From positions 1-48,013 of the IMG/VR virus record IMGVR_UViG_3300044477_000015: DNA of 48,013 nucleotides; one strand, written 5' to 3'. The translations under genes were made by a program, and so were the position numbers. Every line of letters begins with the position of its first letter. Within the stretch, counting starts at the first letter, position 1. This DNA is from a virus. Lineage: Duplodnaviria > Caudoviricetes. The notes below the pieces were generated by a model. The model was not told where the DNA came from, did no database searches, and saw only the letters and a program-made list of their open reading frames with translations. Positions 38,493 to 47,232 of the stretch are shown piece after piece.

Positions 38493-38796
38493 TTTTCAGA
38501 TATTTAATGAATGAATAATGTTTGCGTTCTTTAAGATAAGGCCGGTACATATCTTTTCGGTAAGCTTCACGTTCAAATGAAATAGCGTGGTAACTGCGTT
38601 TTATAGCCCATTCTACCAAGTACCACACGTAAAAACCTATAATAAATAGCTCCAATTGTTGCGCGGCGTGTATGCGTTCATGGTTTATGTCGTTCCATTT
38701 GGCATCCGTACGAACAATTATAAAAGGCCACAGGGTTATGCCTTTGGCAAATCCGAGGGTTATAATTTTAAGGAGTATGTTGGATTTAATTATCAT
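38485..38796 (-). CDS. Small HExxH metallopeptidase-like protein
   Basis: GITLWPFI...INHERIH..QQLE...ISFEREAY. Confidence 0.65.
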   Translation of the reverse strand: MIIKSNILLKIITLGFAKGITLWPFIIVRTDAKWNDINHERIHAAQQLELFIIGFYVWYLVEWAIKRSYHAISFEREAYRKDMYRPYLKERKHYSFIKYLKNA

Positions 38797-39470
38797 GATT
38801 CAATAGGTTGCGTCACTTGAATTCTTACAAACCCTCTATTATATGATGTGGCTTGATAAGATGCTGTATCAAAAAATCCCGAAGCTCTTCTAAATAAATA
38901 CAGTTCTGTTTGATCTGCGTCTGAATTATGATCTATTTTGTAAGTTCCATCTGTTTCGGTAAATGAAATAGAAGCTCCCAAAAGTGGTATTAATTCAGTA
39001 TTTGCATCATTTCGAATTAGAACATCAATCGATCTAATCCTATCTATATATCTGCCGGGAAATGTCAATATTTTAAGATTGATGGCATTCATGTCCCAGT
39101 CGTTAATTGGCCATATTTCGGTTATTAACCCCGCATCTCTCGCGGTTATCATTTCTGGAGTTAAAAACTTATTTGTTGCCGTTCCGTACTCTGATTCTGG
39201 TACATTTGCTGCAAATTGAGCTAAAATAGCGGAAAATAATGCTTGTATCGTTTGGTATCCGTTAGTTACATTGTCAGGTAAATCGTTAGGAGTAACACTC
39301 CCCATAACTAGCAGTCGTTGGAAAAACTGAACCATATCGCCATAAAGCTCTTCAACAATTGGCGTCCCGATTATAGGGGGTACAGTACTATTGTTCTTGT
39401 TACGAATACGACCGCCTGGATAATTGGTACTTGGCGCGTCCGTATTTGGTATGTCGGCTAGTTTTCTCAT
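38793..39470 (-). CDS. Tail-fibre-like protein (baseplate-proximal N-terminal domain)
   Basis: GTP...YGDMVQFFQRLL...VTPNDLPDN..NGYQ.IQAL resembles Mu-type fibre N-termini. Confidence 0.5.
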   Translation of the reverse strand: MRKLADIPNTDAPSTNYPGGRIRNKNNSTVPPIIGTPIVEELYGDMVQFFQRLLVMGSVTPNDLPDNVTNGYQTIQALFSAILAQFAANVPESEYGTATNKFLTPEMITARDAGLITEIWPINDWDMNAINLKILTFPGRYIDRIRSIDVLIRNDANTELIPLLGASISFTETDGTYKIDHNSDADQTELYLFRRASGFFDTASYQATSYNRGFVRIQVTQPIES

Positions 39471-41119
39471 TGTTCTACTATGTTTTTAATAAGTTGCTCG
39501 TAAAACTGTTTAGGGTTTTTACTTTCTTTTGGTTGAGGGTTAAGGTCTCCAAGTTGCTGTTTAACCAGATCTTTTTCGGCCTTTACTTTCTCAATATTTT
39601 GTTTGAAATCACCACTTCCGAGGGTTTCGCTTTCCTGATCGTAGGTACTGAGAGGTGTAGTATCGTCTCCAAGTTTTAAACGAGATGCCATAACCTCCTT
39701 AACAGGATCGATATGTGGAACGTTCGCACCCAACCAGCGTGCAGAATTGTAGGCACCAATGGCAATTACATTTTTATCATTAACCGCCTTGATGTAACCA
39801 GGCGCGTTAATCTTTCCAGAAAATATAGCCATTTCAAGAAATAGATTATAAAATGGCTGGTAGTATTGTTCGCTAAAATATTGACGATCGAACTTCATGC
39901 TATGTTCCCATTCTTTTATTGCGGCCCGGCTTGCGCTATAATTGCTATTATACATTGAGAGTGCTACCTCGTAAGGTATATTCATTGCCGCGCAAACAAA
40001 CTGTATGTTGGTTGTATAAAAATCCTTAAAGCTACTTTCCTGAGCGGTTGCGTGCATTTTTAACGCGGCTCCAACTGGCATGTTAATTGTGCTTTTTTGG
40101 GTCATCGTAGCTACCTTGGTTGCGGCGGCCTCGTATTCGGCTGCGCTTTTACTTTCAGGTGCTTCGCCCATACCGAGTGCGCTACTTTGAGACATTTTAG
40201 CGAGCAACGGATCTTCGCCCGTTGAATTTGCATTATGTTCAACCGTGTAGGCTATTTTTTGACGTTCCTCAGCACCACCCACAGCGGCCTCTTTATAACG
40301 GTCAAGCTTACGTAGGGTTTCAAGTACTGCACTTACAAGGGGCAACCCGCGAACATTATCAATACGGTAACGATTTCCGTAAACTAAGTAAGCCATTAAC
40401 CGGCCTGACTTTGCGCCCATACGTTCAACCCTATAAAACTTATTACCTACGCCCTGCACGAAATATGCTACATGCTCGTTATTTACTCCAATTTCAACAC
40501 CGTATTCAATACGATTACCACGGGAAACCGCGTCTTTATATAGTTGGTGATCTGTTGGGGGGCTTACAACGTGAGATCCGTCGATTACCTGTTGTGTAAC
40601 ATTGCTTTTTTCAGGGTAATTAATCGTAAGCACGTCACCGCCTACGATAGCATTTTTATAAGCTTCGAAAGACAATTTATTTACAGGATACATGCCAGCG
40701 CTATCCGATTCTGGAAGGGAAACCCACAGGTTAAACCGTGTTTGAACATCTTCTACAAAGTCAGGATCCAAGGTTGTAATACCTTCCTGCCTTAATACGC
40801 GTTTTTCTGGCTCACATTGTACATACAGGCCGTTACCAATTACCCATTTACAATATTTGTTTATAATAGCTTGTGTGATTTCTGATTCTAAAAACGACTG
40901 CCATGAACGAACACGCAAATAATCGTAATAAAGTATATAATCCTTTGCGGCTCCCATTTCGCCGGGAGTCTTTTCGCCGGTATAACTTTCACGTACAATA
41001 GGACTTAAGAAATAAGGATATGAAGTATAACTAGCTTCTATTTGCTTTTTTACAAGACCTTTCAAGTCTGTAACCTGGCTTTGTAGCTCGTTAACCTTTT
41101 TTCTATTAAATATGTCCAT
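39467..41119 (-). CDS. Portal protein (lambda family)
   Basis: VRGLP, PYE, NYSASRAA, HIDPVKEV.A; start chosen at MDIFN. Confidence 0.9.
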   Translation of the reverse strand: MDIFNRKKVNELQSQVTDLKGLVKKQIEASYTSYPYFLSPIVRESYTGEKTPGEMGAAKDYILYYDYLRVRSWQSFLESEITQAIINKYCKWVIGNGLYVQCEPEKRVLRQEGITTLDPDFVEDVQTRFNLWVSLPESDSAGMYPVNKLSFEAYKNAIVGGDVLTINYPEKSNVTQQVIDGSHVVSPPTDHQLYKDAVSRGNRIEYGVEIGVNNEHVAYFVQGVGNKFYRVERMGAKSGRLMAYLVYGNRYRIDNVRGLPLVSAVLETLRKLDRYKEAAVGGAEERQKIAYTVEHNANSTGEDPLLAKMSQSSALGMGEAPESKSAAEYEAAATKVATMTQKSTINMPVGAALKMHATAQESSFKDFYTTNIQFVCAAMNIPYEVALSMYNSNYSASRAAIKEWEHSMKFDRQYFSEQYYQPFYNLFLEMAIFSGKINAPGYIKAVNDKNVIAIGAYNSARWLGANVPHIDPVKEVMASRLKLGDDTTPLSTYDQESETLGSGDFKQNIEKVKAEKDLVKQQLGDLNPQPKESKNPKQFYEQLIKNIVEQ

Positions 41120-41417
41120 TTGATTGTACTGATTGAGCGTCTGCAAGTCGTTTAACCCGTGACCCTGTTATTTGTGAAAGTATTACGTTTGAGATTTTAG
41201 TATATTCCTGAATTGCTTTCGCAATGTCCATGCTGTTACGGTATGTGGTACTTATAACGGTTTGGCCGTCGTTAAGTGAGTAGGAAACGATACCGGACTT
41301 TCCAACCATTAAAATCTGTTGATCGATAAGTGCGGAAATAACGGCCTGTATGCGGTCGTATTTGTTTTTGAGATCGGACGAATCTATTACATATTGATAT
41401 TCTGTGGTAGTCGCCAT
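41106..41417 (-). CDS. gpW-like head-tail joining protein
   Basis: SYSLNDGQT...Y; immediately upstream of the portal. Confidence 0.6.
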   Translation of the reverse strand: MATTTEYQYVIDSSDLKNKYDRIQAVISALIDQQILMVGKSGIVSYSLNDGQTVISTTYRNSMDIAKAIQEYTKISNVILSQITGSRVKRLADAQSVQSNGHI

Positions 41418-41472
41418 TTGTTGGAAATTTTATGTAAATATATAGCAGATGCACACGTATTTACTTAAACAT

Positions 41473-41503
41473 TTTGTAGAATTAAAGGGATTTTATACAT
41501 TTG
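41473..41503 (+). promoter_or_regulatory. Bacteroidota consensus promoter for the XRE gene
   Basis: TTTG-N19-TACATTTG. Confidence 0.75.
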
Positions 41504-41532
41504 TACATCAATATCGGAATAAATTTAACCGC

Positions 41533-41724
41533 ATGGATATTTTCGACAAACTGATTAAAATCAGAAAAGAGCAAGGCAAGTGCCAAAAGGAATTGGCTTA
41601 TCATTGCAAGGTTTCTTTAACTACCATGAGCCGCTACGAAGGTAAGAAGCGTAAAATACCGTACGACATGCTGGTTGAATACGCGGAGTTTTTGAAATTG
41701 GATATACGAATACTGGTAAAATGA
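41533..41724 (+). CDS. XRE-family HTH regulator
   Basis: LIKIRKEQGKCQKELA....VS.TTMSRYE.KKR. Confidence 0.85.
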   Translation: MDIFDKLIKIRKEQGKCQKELAYHCKVSLTTMSRYEGKKRKIPYDMLVEYAEFLKLDIRILVK

Positions 41725-41969
41725 TGAAACCTAAACACGTTGCAATAATTGGAAACAATAAGGCAGAAACGGCTATTTTGGCAGCTATTGAATCTATGCA
41801 TCAATTTGAAAAAATTAACATAATATGTATTGATAGTGATGGAGGTAGCATTCATCCGCGCATAGATGAAATGAATACAACATTTGCAAATCCTGTACGT
41901 TTATTACCTTATTATCCTCCGTTAAGTAGACGCGAAAGAAGAAAATTAGCCCGTAAAAAGAAAAAATAA
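41721..41969 (+). CDS. Hypothetical protein
   Basis: Coupled to the XRE gene; basic tail SRRERRK. Confidence 0.5.
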   Translation: MMKPKHVAIIGNNKAETAILAAIESMHQFEKINIICIDSDGGSIHPRIDEMNTTFANPVRLLPYYPPLSRRERRKLARKKKK

Positions 41970-42017
41970 TACACACTTTAACCCCTTTATTTTCCTACAA
42001 AAGTTAAGTTAATTAAA

Positions 42018-42105
42018 TTTAGTGCAATTAAATTGCACCGTATTTCGAAACTTTTTTTACCTTTGATGCGTAAACGTAACCAAACAGTAAAAATTTAGCG
42101 ATATG
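42018..42105 (+). promoter_or_regulatory. Early promoter/leader copy 2 with palindromic operator
   Basis: GTGCAAT-TAA-ATTGCAC (42022-42038), TACCTTTG (42058-42065). Confidence 0.75.
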
Positions 42106-42438
42106 TCAACAGTTAAACAAATAAAAAAAGCAATCGAAAACGTGATAAACGGTTTTAGTTCGCAATATATCAGTGCTGAAGCTGAAAATGGTGAATCAAT
42201 TAAAATTCGCGTATCTAATCACAAATCGAATCCTTCAAGAATGGGTGACAAAGACATTTCGTTAGTAGTTTTTGTTCCTGAAAAAGAAGTTGAATCTGAT
42301 GAATATAACAATTGGGGTAAGAATAAGAAGAACTTTTACGATATTCCAAATCAATATTTTCTTGACGAAAACGGTTCTTTTGAAGAACAATTTCAAGAAA
42401 TTGAAGATTTACTTAACTGGCACGAAATAGTATTTTAA
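42103..42438 (+). CDS. Hypothetical protein under the early promoter
   Basis: 111-aa acidic ORF, IRVSNH motif. Confidence 0.6.
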   Translation: MSTVKQIKKAIENVINGFSSQYISAEAENGESIKIRVSNHKSNPSRMGDKDISLVVFVPEKEVESDEYNNWGKNKKNFYDIPNQYFLDENGSFEEQFQEIEDLLNWHEIVF

Positions 42439-44477
42439 ACCCCATACATCTGCTTTTTAACGATCTTACAGAAATAAGGCCAGCTAATTTCCTTTACCTT
42501 TAACGACTTGAAAAAGTGTTCGACAAATATATCTCGAACCGCAGGGGTATAAACTGCGCAATCAAAGAAATGGTTTGCAACCGAGCTATTTCGCTTCTTC
42601 CATACATATCCAATTTCGGTACCATCTGCGTTTAATTTCGGCGTTTTTTCCTCACTTTCGAATTGCTTAAAATATCCTTTGTAAGAGTATTTGCCATTGT
42701 CCGGTTGTGGGAAATTCATAAATCCATGAGGCTGCGTAAGATTTCCACCCTCGTTCCATACCAGTTCAACCCTATCAGCTATTATATCTTTGAGCTGGTT
42801 TACCTCCAATAAATACAGATTATCGCGTTCTTGTGATTTCTTATGTGTATCGGTATCAACTCCGTGTTTACGGACTTTCTCGGTATCCCCTTTAACGCCA
42901 ATGGTTACAAGTGGCCTGTTCTGCACGCTCATGTGATCAATAAAAGGATAAACGTATTTTGTGAATGCCCCGGTGTCAATACCAGCTATAAGTATTTCAT
43001 AATTGCGCCCGTTGTCTCCGGTGTAAAGCCTTTGTAATACATCCCTTTGAAACACGTCCCAAATGTTATTAATAGGTTCGTTGTTCCTGCACGTCCAGCG
43101 TTCGCGGTGTGAATTCTTATCGCCACGTTGGAATGTACCGATTGAACCAGCATCAATCGAATAAGTATTACCCGTTTCAGCATGAGCAACCACCTCATAA
43201 TCTAATCGCACGTCGTCATCGGTAAACCCGTTTAAGTCACAGGTACATGTAAGCATTATAATTTTACCATTACCATCAGCCTCGGATAAATTACAAGGAA
43301 CCTCAAATATTTTATAGGGCCGTGTATTAAGAGCAAGCTGGTTAATCTGTGGGGTTTTACCTTTTTCCTCATAGGTTTGGCCAAGGACCAAGTTTAAGAA
43401 TACCTGCAGCTTTTTCTTTAGTACGATATTATCACCCGGAAAAATCTTTAACCATTGGCCCGCGTAATGGGTCCAGTCAAAGAAACCTGGAGGTGCGTAA
43501 ATTCCGCTTATGTGGTAGCTTAACCAGTCAGGCCGCGAAGGCTTGGCGGTTGGCCTCCATGTTCCATTTGCCAGCATTTCCCGTTTATGAGATTCTTTGA
43601 AATAGCCTTTGCATTCCTGACATATATACCCTACTGATTTCTCAATTAAATTACCGTGTTCGTCTTTTTCAAAATGTACCCCTACATGCTCGTTACTGCT
43701 TTCTATCTTTTCGTACCAAATGAATTTTATATACGTACCACACAGCGGACAGGGCATCATATAATAACGCTGGTCACCCTGGTTAAACGCATATTTAATT
43801 ACTGAATTGTGTTCAAGTTCCGGCGTACTGATGAGGTTTATCTTCATCGTATCTTTGTACGAATTGAAACGCATGAATATAAGTTCTAGAATATCACCGG
43901 CGAACTTTTGCGCACGTGCAGCCGCTTCGAGATCATCAAAGAAACCGTATTTATAAGAGTTTTGACGACCTATCTTATCAACTGTTTTGATGGAAAAGAA
44001 TTGAAGCGAACCGCCTGGAAACTCTTTCGCGTCTTTTGTATCTCCACTTCGTTTATTGTTTTTCTTTAACGTGTTTGGGCGTATCAAATGTGCTATACCG
44101 CTGTTCTGTAACATCTGATCGATCTTCTTTGTAACTGCAATGTCTGCCATTTCCTTATCAGCTAATGTCATTACCATAGGGCCGGGATGATTCTTTATCA
44201 GGTATCCAATTCCTGTTTCAACAAAGTTTGTACTTTTCCCTATTTGAGCGCCTCCCATAATTGTTTGTATTCGCATCGGGTGGTAAGGGCTTAAGTTGTT
44301 TACTGGTTCACGCCAAAAAGGGAAACGCTCATACGATTGTTTACCCGGAAACGCCGTTACATCGCTGGTAAGTACACGGTATTTTTCAGCCCACTCGGTA
44401 GGTAGTTCTTTTGATATTTGCGTATCAAAATAGTCTAGGATTTCGTTGATCTGGGATTCCTGGTTAGTCATTATCAA
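42435..44477 (-). CDS. Terminase large subunit (lambda GpA family)
   Basis: GAQIGKS, FDDLE, ISTP, GDQRYY..CP.CG, IDTG, NHFFDC.VY. Confidence 0.95.
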   Translation of the reverse strand: MIMTNQESQINEILDYFDTQISKELPTEWAEKYRVLTSDVTAFPGKQSYERFPFWREPVNNLSPYHPMRIQTIMGGAQIGKSTNFVETGIGYLIKNHPGPMVMTLADKEMADIAVTKKIDQMLQNSGIAHLIRPNTLKKNNKRSGDTKDAKEFPGGSLQFFSIKTVDKIGRQNSYKYGFFDDLEAAARAQKFAGDILELIFMRFNSYKDTMKINLISTPELEHNSVIKYAFNQGDQRYYMMPCPLCGTYIKFIWYEKIESSNEHVGVHFEKDEHGNLIEKSVGYICQECKGYFKESHKREMLANGTWRPTAKPSRPDWLSYHISGIYAPPGFFDWTHYAGQWLKIFPGDNIVLKKKLQVFLNLVLGQTYEEKGKTPQINQLALNTRPYKIFEVPCNLSEADGNGKIIMLTCTCDLNGFTDDDVRLDYEVVAHAETGNTYSIDAGSIGTFQRGDKNSHRERWTCRNNEPINNIWDVFQRDVLQRLYTGDNGRNYEILIAGIDTGAFTKYVYPFIDHMSVQNRPLVTIGVKGDTEKVRKHGVDTDTHKKSQERDNLYLLEVNQLKDIIADRVELVWNEGGNLTQPHGFMNFPQPDNGKYSYKGYFKQFESEEKTPKLNADGTEIGYVWKKRNSSVANHFFDCAVYTPAVRDIFVEHFFKSLKVKEISWPYFCKIVKKQMYGV

Positions 44478-44700
44478 TTATATATTTATGTCCAAGTATT
44501 ACCGTTGCTTTCTTTGTTTTCTTAATGCCATTGTATGACTTTCCTGTATTATCGGCATATTCCTGAATACTTACAGGGCAAAGAAATAAACCAGCGAGTT
44601 CAATTAATTGAACCAAACCTTCATTGCTCCATTTGCCTTTAGAAATTGTTTCACCAAGTTTTTGAAGTGATTTCTGTTCATATTCTGATAGTTGTGACAT
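44464..44700 (-). CDS. Small HTH-like protein at the cassette array boundary
   Basis: SIQEYADNTGKSYNGIKK helix-turn-helix-like segment. Confidence 0.55.
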   Translation of the reverse strand: MSQLSEYEQKSLQKLGETISKGKWSNEGLVQLIELAGLFLCPVSIQEYADNTGKSYNGIKKTKKATVILGHKYIIDND

Positions 44701-44746
44701 AGGTGCAATTTATTGAACTGATTTTATACATATGTTGTGCGTAATG

Positions 44747-45001
44747 CTACTCGTCGCAATCTGACAAGTCTAATTTTTCACCCCATTCCGTGCCAAAGTC
44801 AACCCCGATAGATTTACAAGCTGATAATATACCGTGTTCAATATGGTCGATAGGTTCTAATCCTACTACCTTTTTTCGTTTCCCAATTGGGTATTTTAAT
44901 TCTTTTCTAATACTTTTCATTACATACTTTATGTGCAATGAAAACGATTCCAATTCTTTTGGACTGATAATAAATTGATTGTGTAACGCTGAATAATTCA
45001 T
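44747..45001 (-). CDS. Hypothetical protein (cassette 1)
   Basis: ORF bounded by GTTGTGCGTA/TACGCACAAC. Confidence 0.6.
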   Translation of the reverse strand: MNYSALHNQFIISPKELESFSLHIKYVMKSIRKELKYPIGKRKKVVGLEPIDHIEHGILSACKSIGVDFGTEWGEKLDLSDCDE

Positions 45002-45038
45002 AATATTTAATTTATATTGTTAATAATAAAGCACATAC

Positions 45039-45167
45039 GCACAACACGTGGTATAAAACAAAGCGGCTTTAGTGGTTATCGAAGCTTTGTATCCCGTAGC
45101 AAGTGCTCAATAATTTGATAGTTCATTACTCGCACTCCGCTTCGATTTCATACCACCAACGTTACCA
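45039..45167 (+). repeat. attC-like site 1 (129 bp)
   Basis: GCACAAC-ac-GTGGTATAAAACAAAGCGG...CCGCTTCGATTTCATACCAC-caac-GTTACCA. Confidence 0.8.
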
Positions 45168-45173
45168 GCAATG

Positions 45174-45449
45174 TTAAAAACCGCAATTTGCAGCGAAGTA
45201 CAAATAATAATCTTCATTGCAACTTGACAATTCTATATAGCTTTTTTGCTCCTCTGGAAAAGTATGTATTGCCAAATGACTTTCACCGAGTAACCACAAT
45301 GCTGTATATCCTTGCGGTTCAAAAAAATGTTCAATAAAATTAAGTATTTCAAACCCACTTAATTCAAGTAAATCACTAAAGTTATTTTTTAACTTTGTTG
45401 GGTCAGTTTCTTTTAACCAACCGTTTTTATTCCAAATTTTTGCTTCCAT
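45174..45449 (-). CDS. speD: S-adenosylmethionine decarboxylase-like pyruvoyl enzyme (cassette 2)
   Basis: HFFEPQGYT..WLLGE/SHLAIHTFPE...IELSSC with ESH autocleavage site. Confidence 0.85.
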   Translation of the reverse strand: MEAKIWNKNGWLKETDPTKLKNNFSDLLELSGFEILNFIEHFFEPQGYTALWLLGESHLAIHTFPEEQKSYIELSSCNEDYYLYFAANCGF

Positions 45450-46411
45450 TATTTCAATTTTTCAAAGTGTTTATTTATATTTTTTGGGTTACCTTTATAA
45501 AATACAAGTATATTTTGGTGTTGTTTCCCTATTTTTCTTGCGTTACTCATATACGCGCCTGCTCTCATATGTAAATTACCAATCGGGTTTTGTAATATAA
45601 TTTCGTTATAATAATGCAATCCAGCATCGCACATTATTTGTATTATTTTAGGTACAATCCCTAAATATACACCAGTGTTTTTGTGCCTTACCTCTCCAAT
45701 AACTATACACGCAAATCTATTTTCTTTTAGTTTGTTTACTGTCTTTTTTAATATGCTTTCAATAGTCTTAAAAAAATCTTCATAACTCATATTTGATAAA
45801 TCATTTTCTAAATCAGAGTATATTTCCAAATCAGCATATGGTGGGCAACTGAAAATAAAATCTTTGCTATCATTTTCAATGTGTAAATCAATATTTTCAG
45901 AAGTATCACAAATATAATTGCCTTTTAGTCCGTGCAAATCAATTAAATCCTGATTAAAATCTACCTGTTCTTTTCTTAATTCAATTCCTGTAAATGGTCT
46001 GTTTTTATATGCACTACAAAATCCAAATACAGCATCGCCAGCAAATGGGTCTAATGTTTCAAATCCATCATTTGTGAACCAACTCAATATTATTTCACAC
46101 ATTACTGGGTCTAAAATACTTGTAGTATCTCCTTTTATTGCCATAAATTGCCAATTTTTTGAACCTTCTTCATGCCCACATCTACTCAATGTGTTTTTTC
46201 TTACTTGTGCCTTATCGTTAATTTTAATCATCCACTTTTTTTTCTTTTGTTGCCATTCTTTTGAGGCACTATTTAAAATTGAAAAGGGTGGCACAATAAA
46301 CCAATCTTCTAACTTCATTTTATCAACAATTGGTTCTCCGAAAAGATTTAAAGAAACACTGCTGGTAACACGTGGTATAGTTAATTGGGGGCTTTGTTCG
46401 TTATTCATCAT
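45449..46411 (-). CDS. Amino (N4/N6)-type DNA methyltransferase-like protein (cassette 2)
   Basis: LDPFAG (motif I), GIELR, FSCPPY (motif IV variant), HQNILVFYKG. Confidence 0.8.
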   Translation of the reverse strand: MMNNEQSPQLTIPRVTSSVSLNLFGEPIVDKMKLEDWFIVPPFSILNSASKEWQQKKKKWMIKINDKAQVRKNTLSRCGHEEGSKNWQFMAIKGDTTSILDPVMCEIILSWFTNDGFETLDPFAGDAVFGFCSAYKNRPFTGIELRKEQVDFNQDLIDLHGLKGNYICDTSENIDLHIENDSKDFIFSCPPYADLEIYSDLENDLSNMSYEDFFKTIESILKKTVNKLKENRFACIVIGEVRHKNTGVYLGIVPKIIQIMCDAGLHYYNEIILQNPIGNLHMRAGAYMSNARKIGKQHQNILVFYKGNPKNINKHFEKLK

Positions 46412-46491
46412 TCGTTATATTTATTAAGTTTTTACAAGCGGATAGGTTGCCGGTATCTAATCCCCAATTAACCATACCACCACCGTTATAC
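46363..46491 (+). repeat. attC-like site 2 (129 bp)
   Basis: TGGTAAC-ac-GTGGTATAGTTAATTGGGG...CCCCAATTAACCATACCAC-cacc-GTTATAC. Confidence 0.8.
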
Positions 46492-46497
46492 ACAACC

Positions 46498-47232
46498 CTA
46501 AAGAACGTCTGCGAACAGTCCAGTTTGGATTGTGTTGTTTTGTTTATATATACCTAAAGCACTTTCAAATATTGCCAATCCGATTTCGGGAACTACACAA
46601 TTGTTTAAAAGTTTCTTTTTATTTGGGTGGCTTTTATCGGTTAAGTCAAAGCCTAATTTATGGTGGTTTTGTCCTTCACTTCTTTTGCCTCCTAATCGCT
46701 TAACTGGTCCCATTCTTCCAATCGAACCTTCACTTTTTAATTTTGGTATTGTAAAGTTCGCCCAAAAACAATGCCTTCCTGAGCGTTGCGGTTTAATCAA
46801 AGGTTCGTAATATGGTTCAACATTTTCAACACAATACTTGCCTTTAAAAAAGTGTTGTAAGAATATTATTTCTTGGTACAAACTCATATCAGGGTATCTA
46901 ATCGTACCAGCTCCAACTAAAAAGTAATTACAACCTGAATGAGTTGGGCAAGGAGGTGAAGCCCAAATAAAGTCAAATTCGCTGTAATGGTCAATTAAAT
47001 ACTGGTGTGCATCCCCTACAATTACTTTATCATTCGGAAAAAAATCCTGATATATTTTAGCAATTTTAGGGTCATATTCAACCGCTGTTACTTCAATATT
47101 TCCGCTCCATAATTTTCTATTACCGCCAATACCAGCATATAAGTTAAGAATACGAAAGGGCTGTGTATAACATCGGCTCATACCCAATTGGGGTTTAAGT
47201 GGTTCTGTAAGGTTTGTATCTTCGTTTTTCAT
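46498..47232 (-). CDS. C5 cytosine DNA methyltransferase (cassette 3)
   Basis: NLYAGIGG, ASPPC, VENV, C-terminal NCVVP. Confidence 0.85.
   Translation of the reverse strand: MKNEDTNLTEPLKPQLGMSRCYTQPFRILNLYAGIGGNRKLWSGNIEVTAVEYDPKIAKIYQDFFPNDKVIVGDAHQYLIDHYSEFDFIWASPPCPTHSGCNYFLVGAGTIRYPDMSLYQEIIFLQHFFKGKYCVENVEPYYEPLIKPQRSGRHCFWANFTIPKLKSEGSIGRMGPVKRLGGKRSEGQNHHKLGFDLTDKSHPNKKKLLNNCVVPEIGLAIFESALGIYKQNNTIQTGLFADVL

Noticed and set aside
10-41454. Numerous plus-strand ORFs in the ORF track
   Set aside because: They are antisense shadows of well-supported minus-strand genes and have no recognisable motifs.
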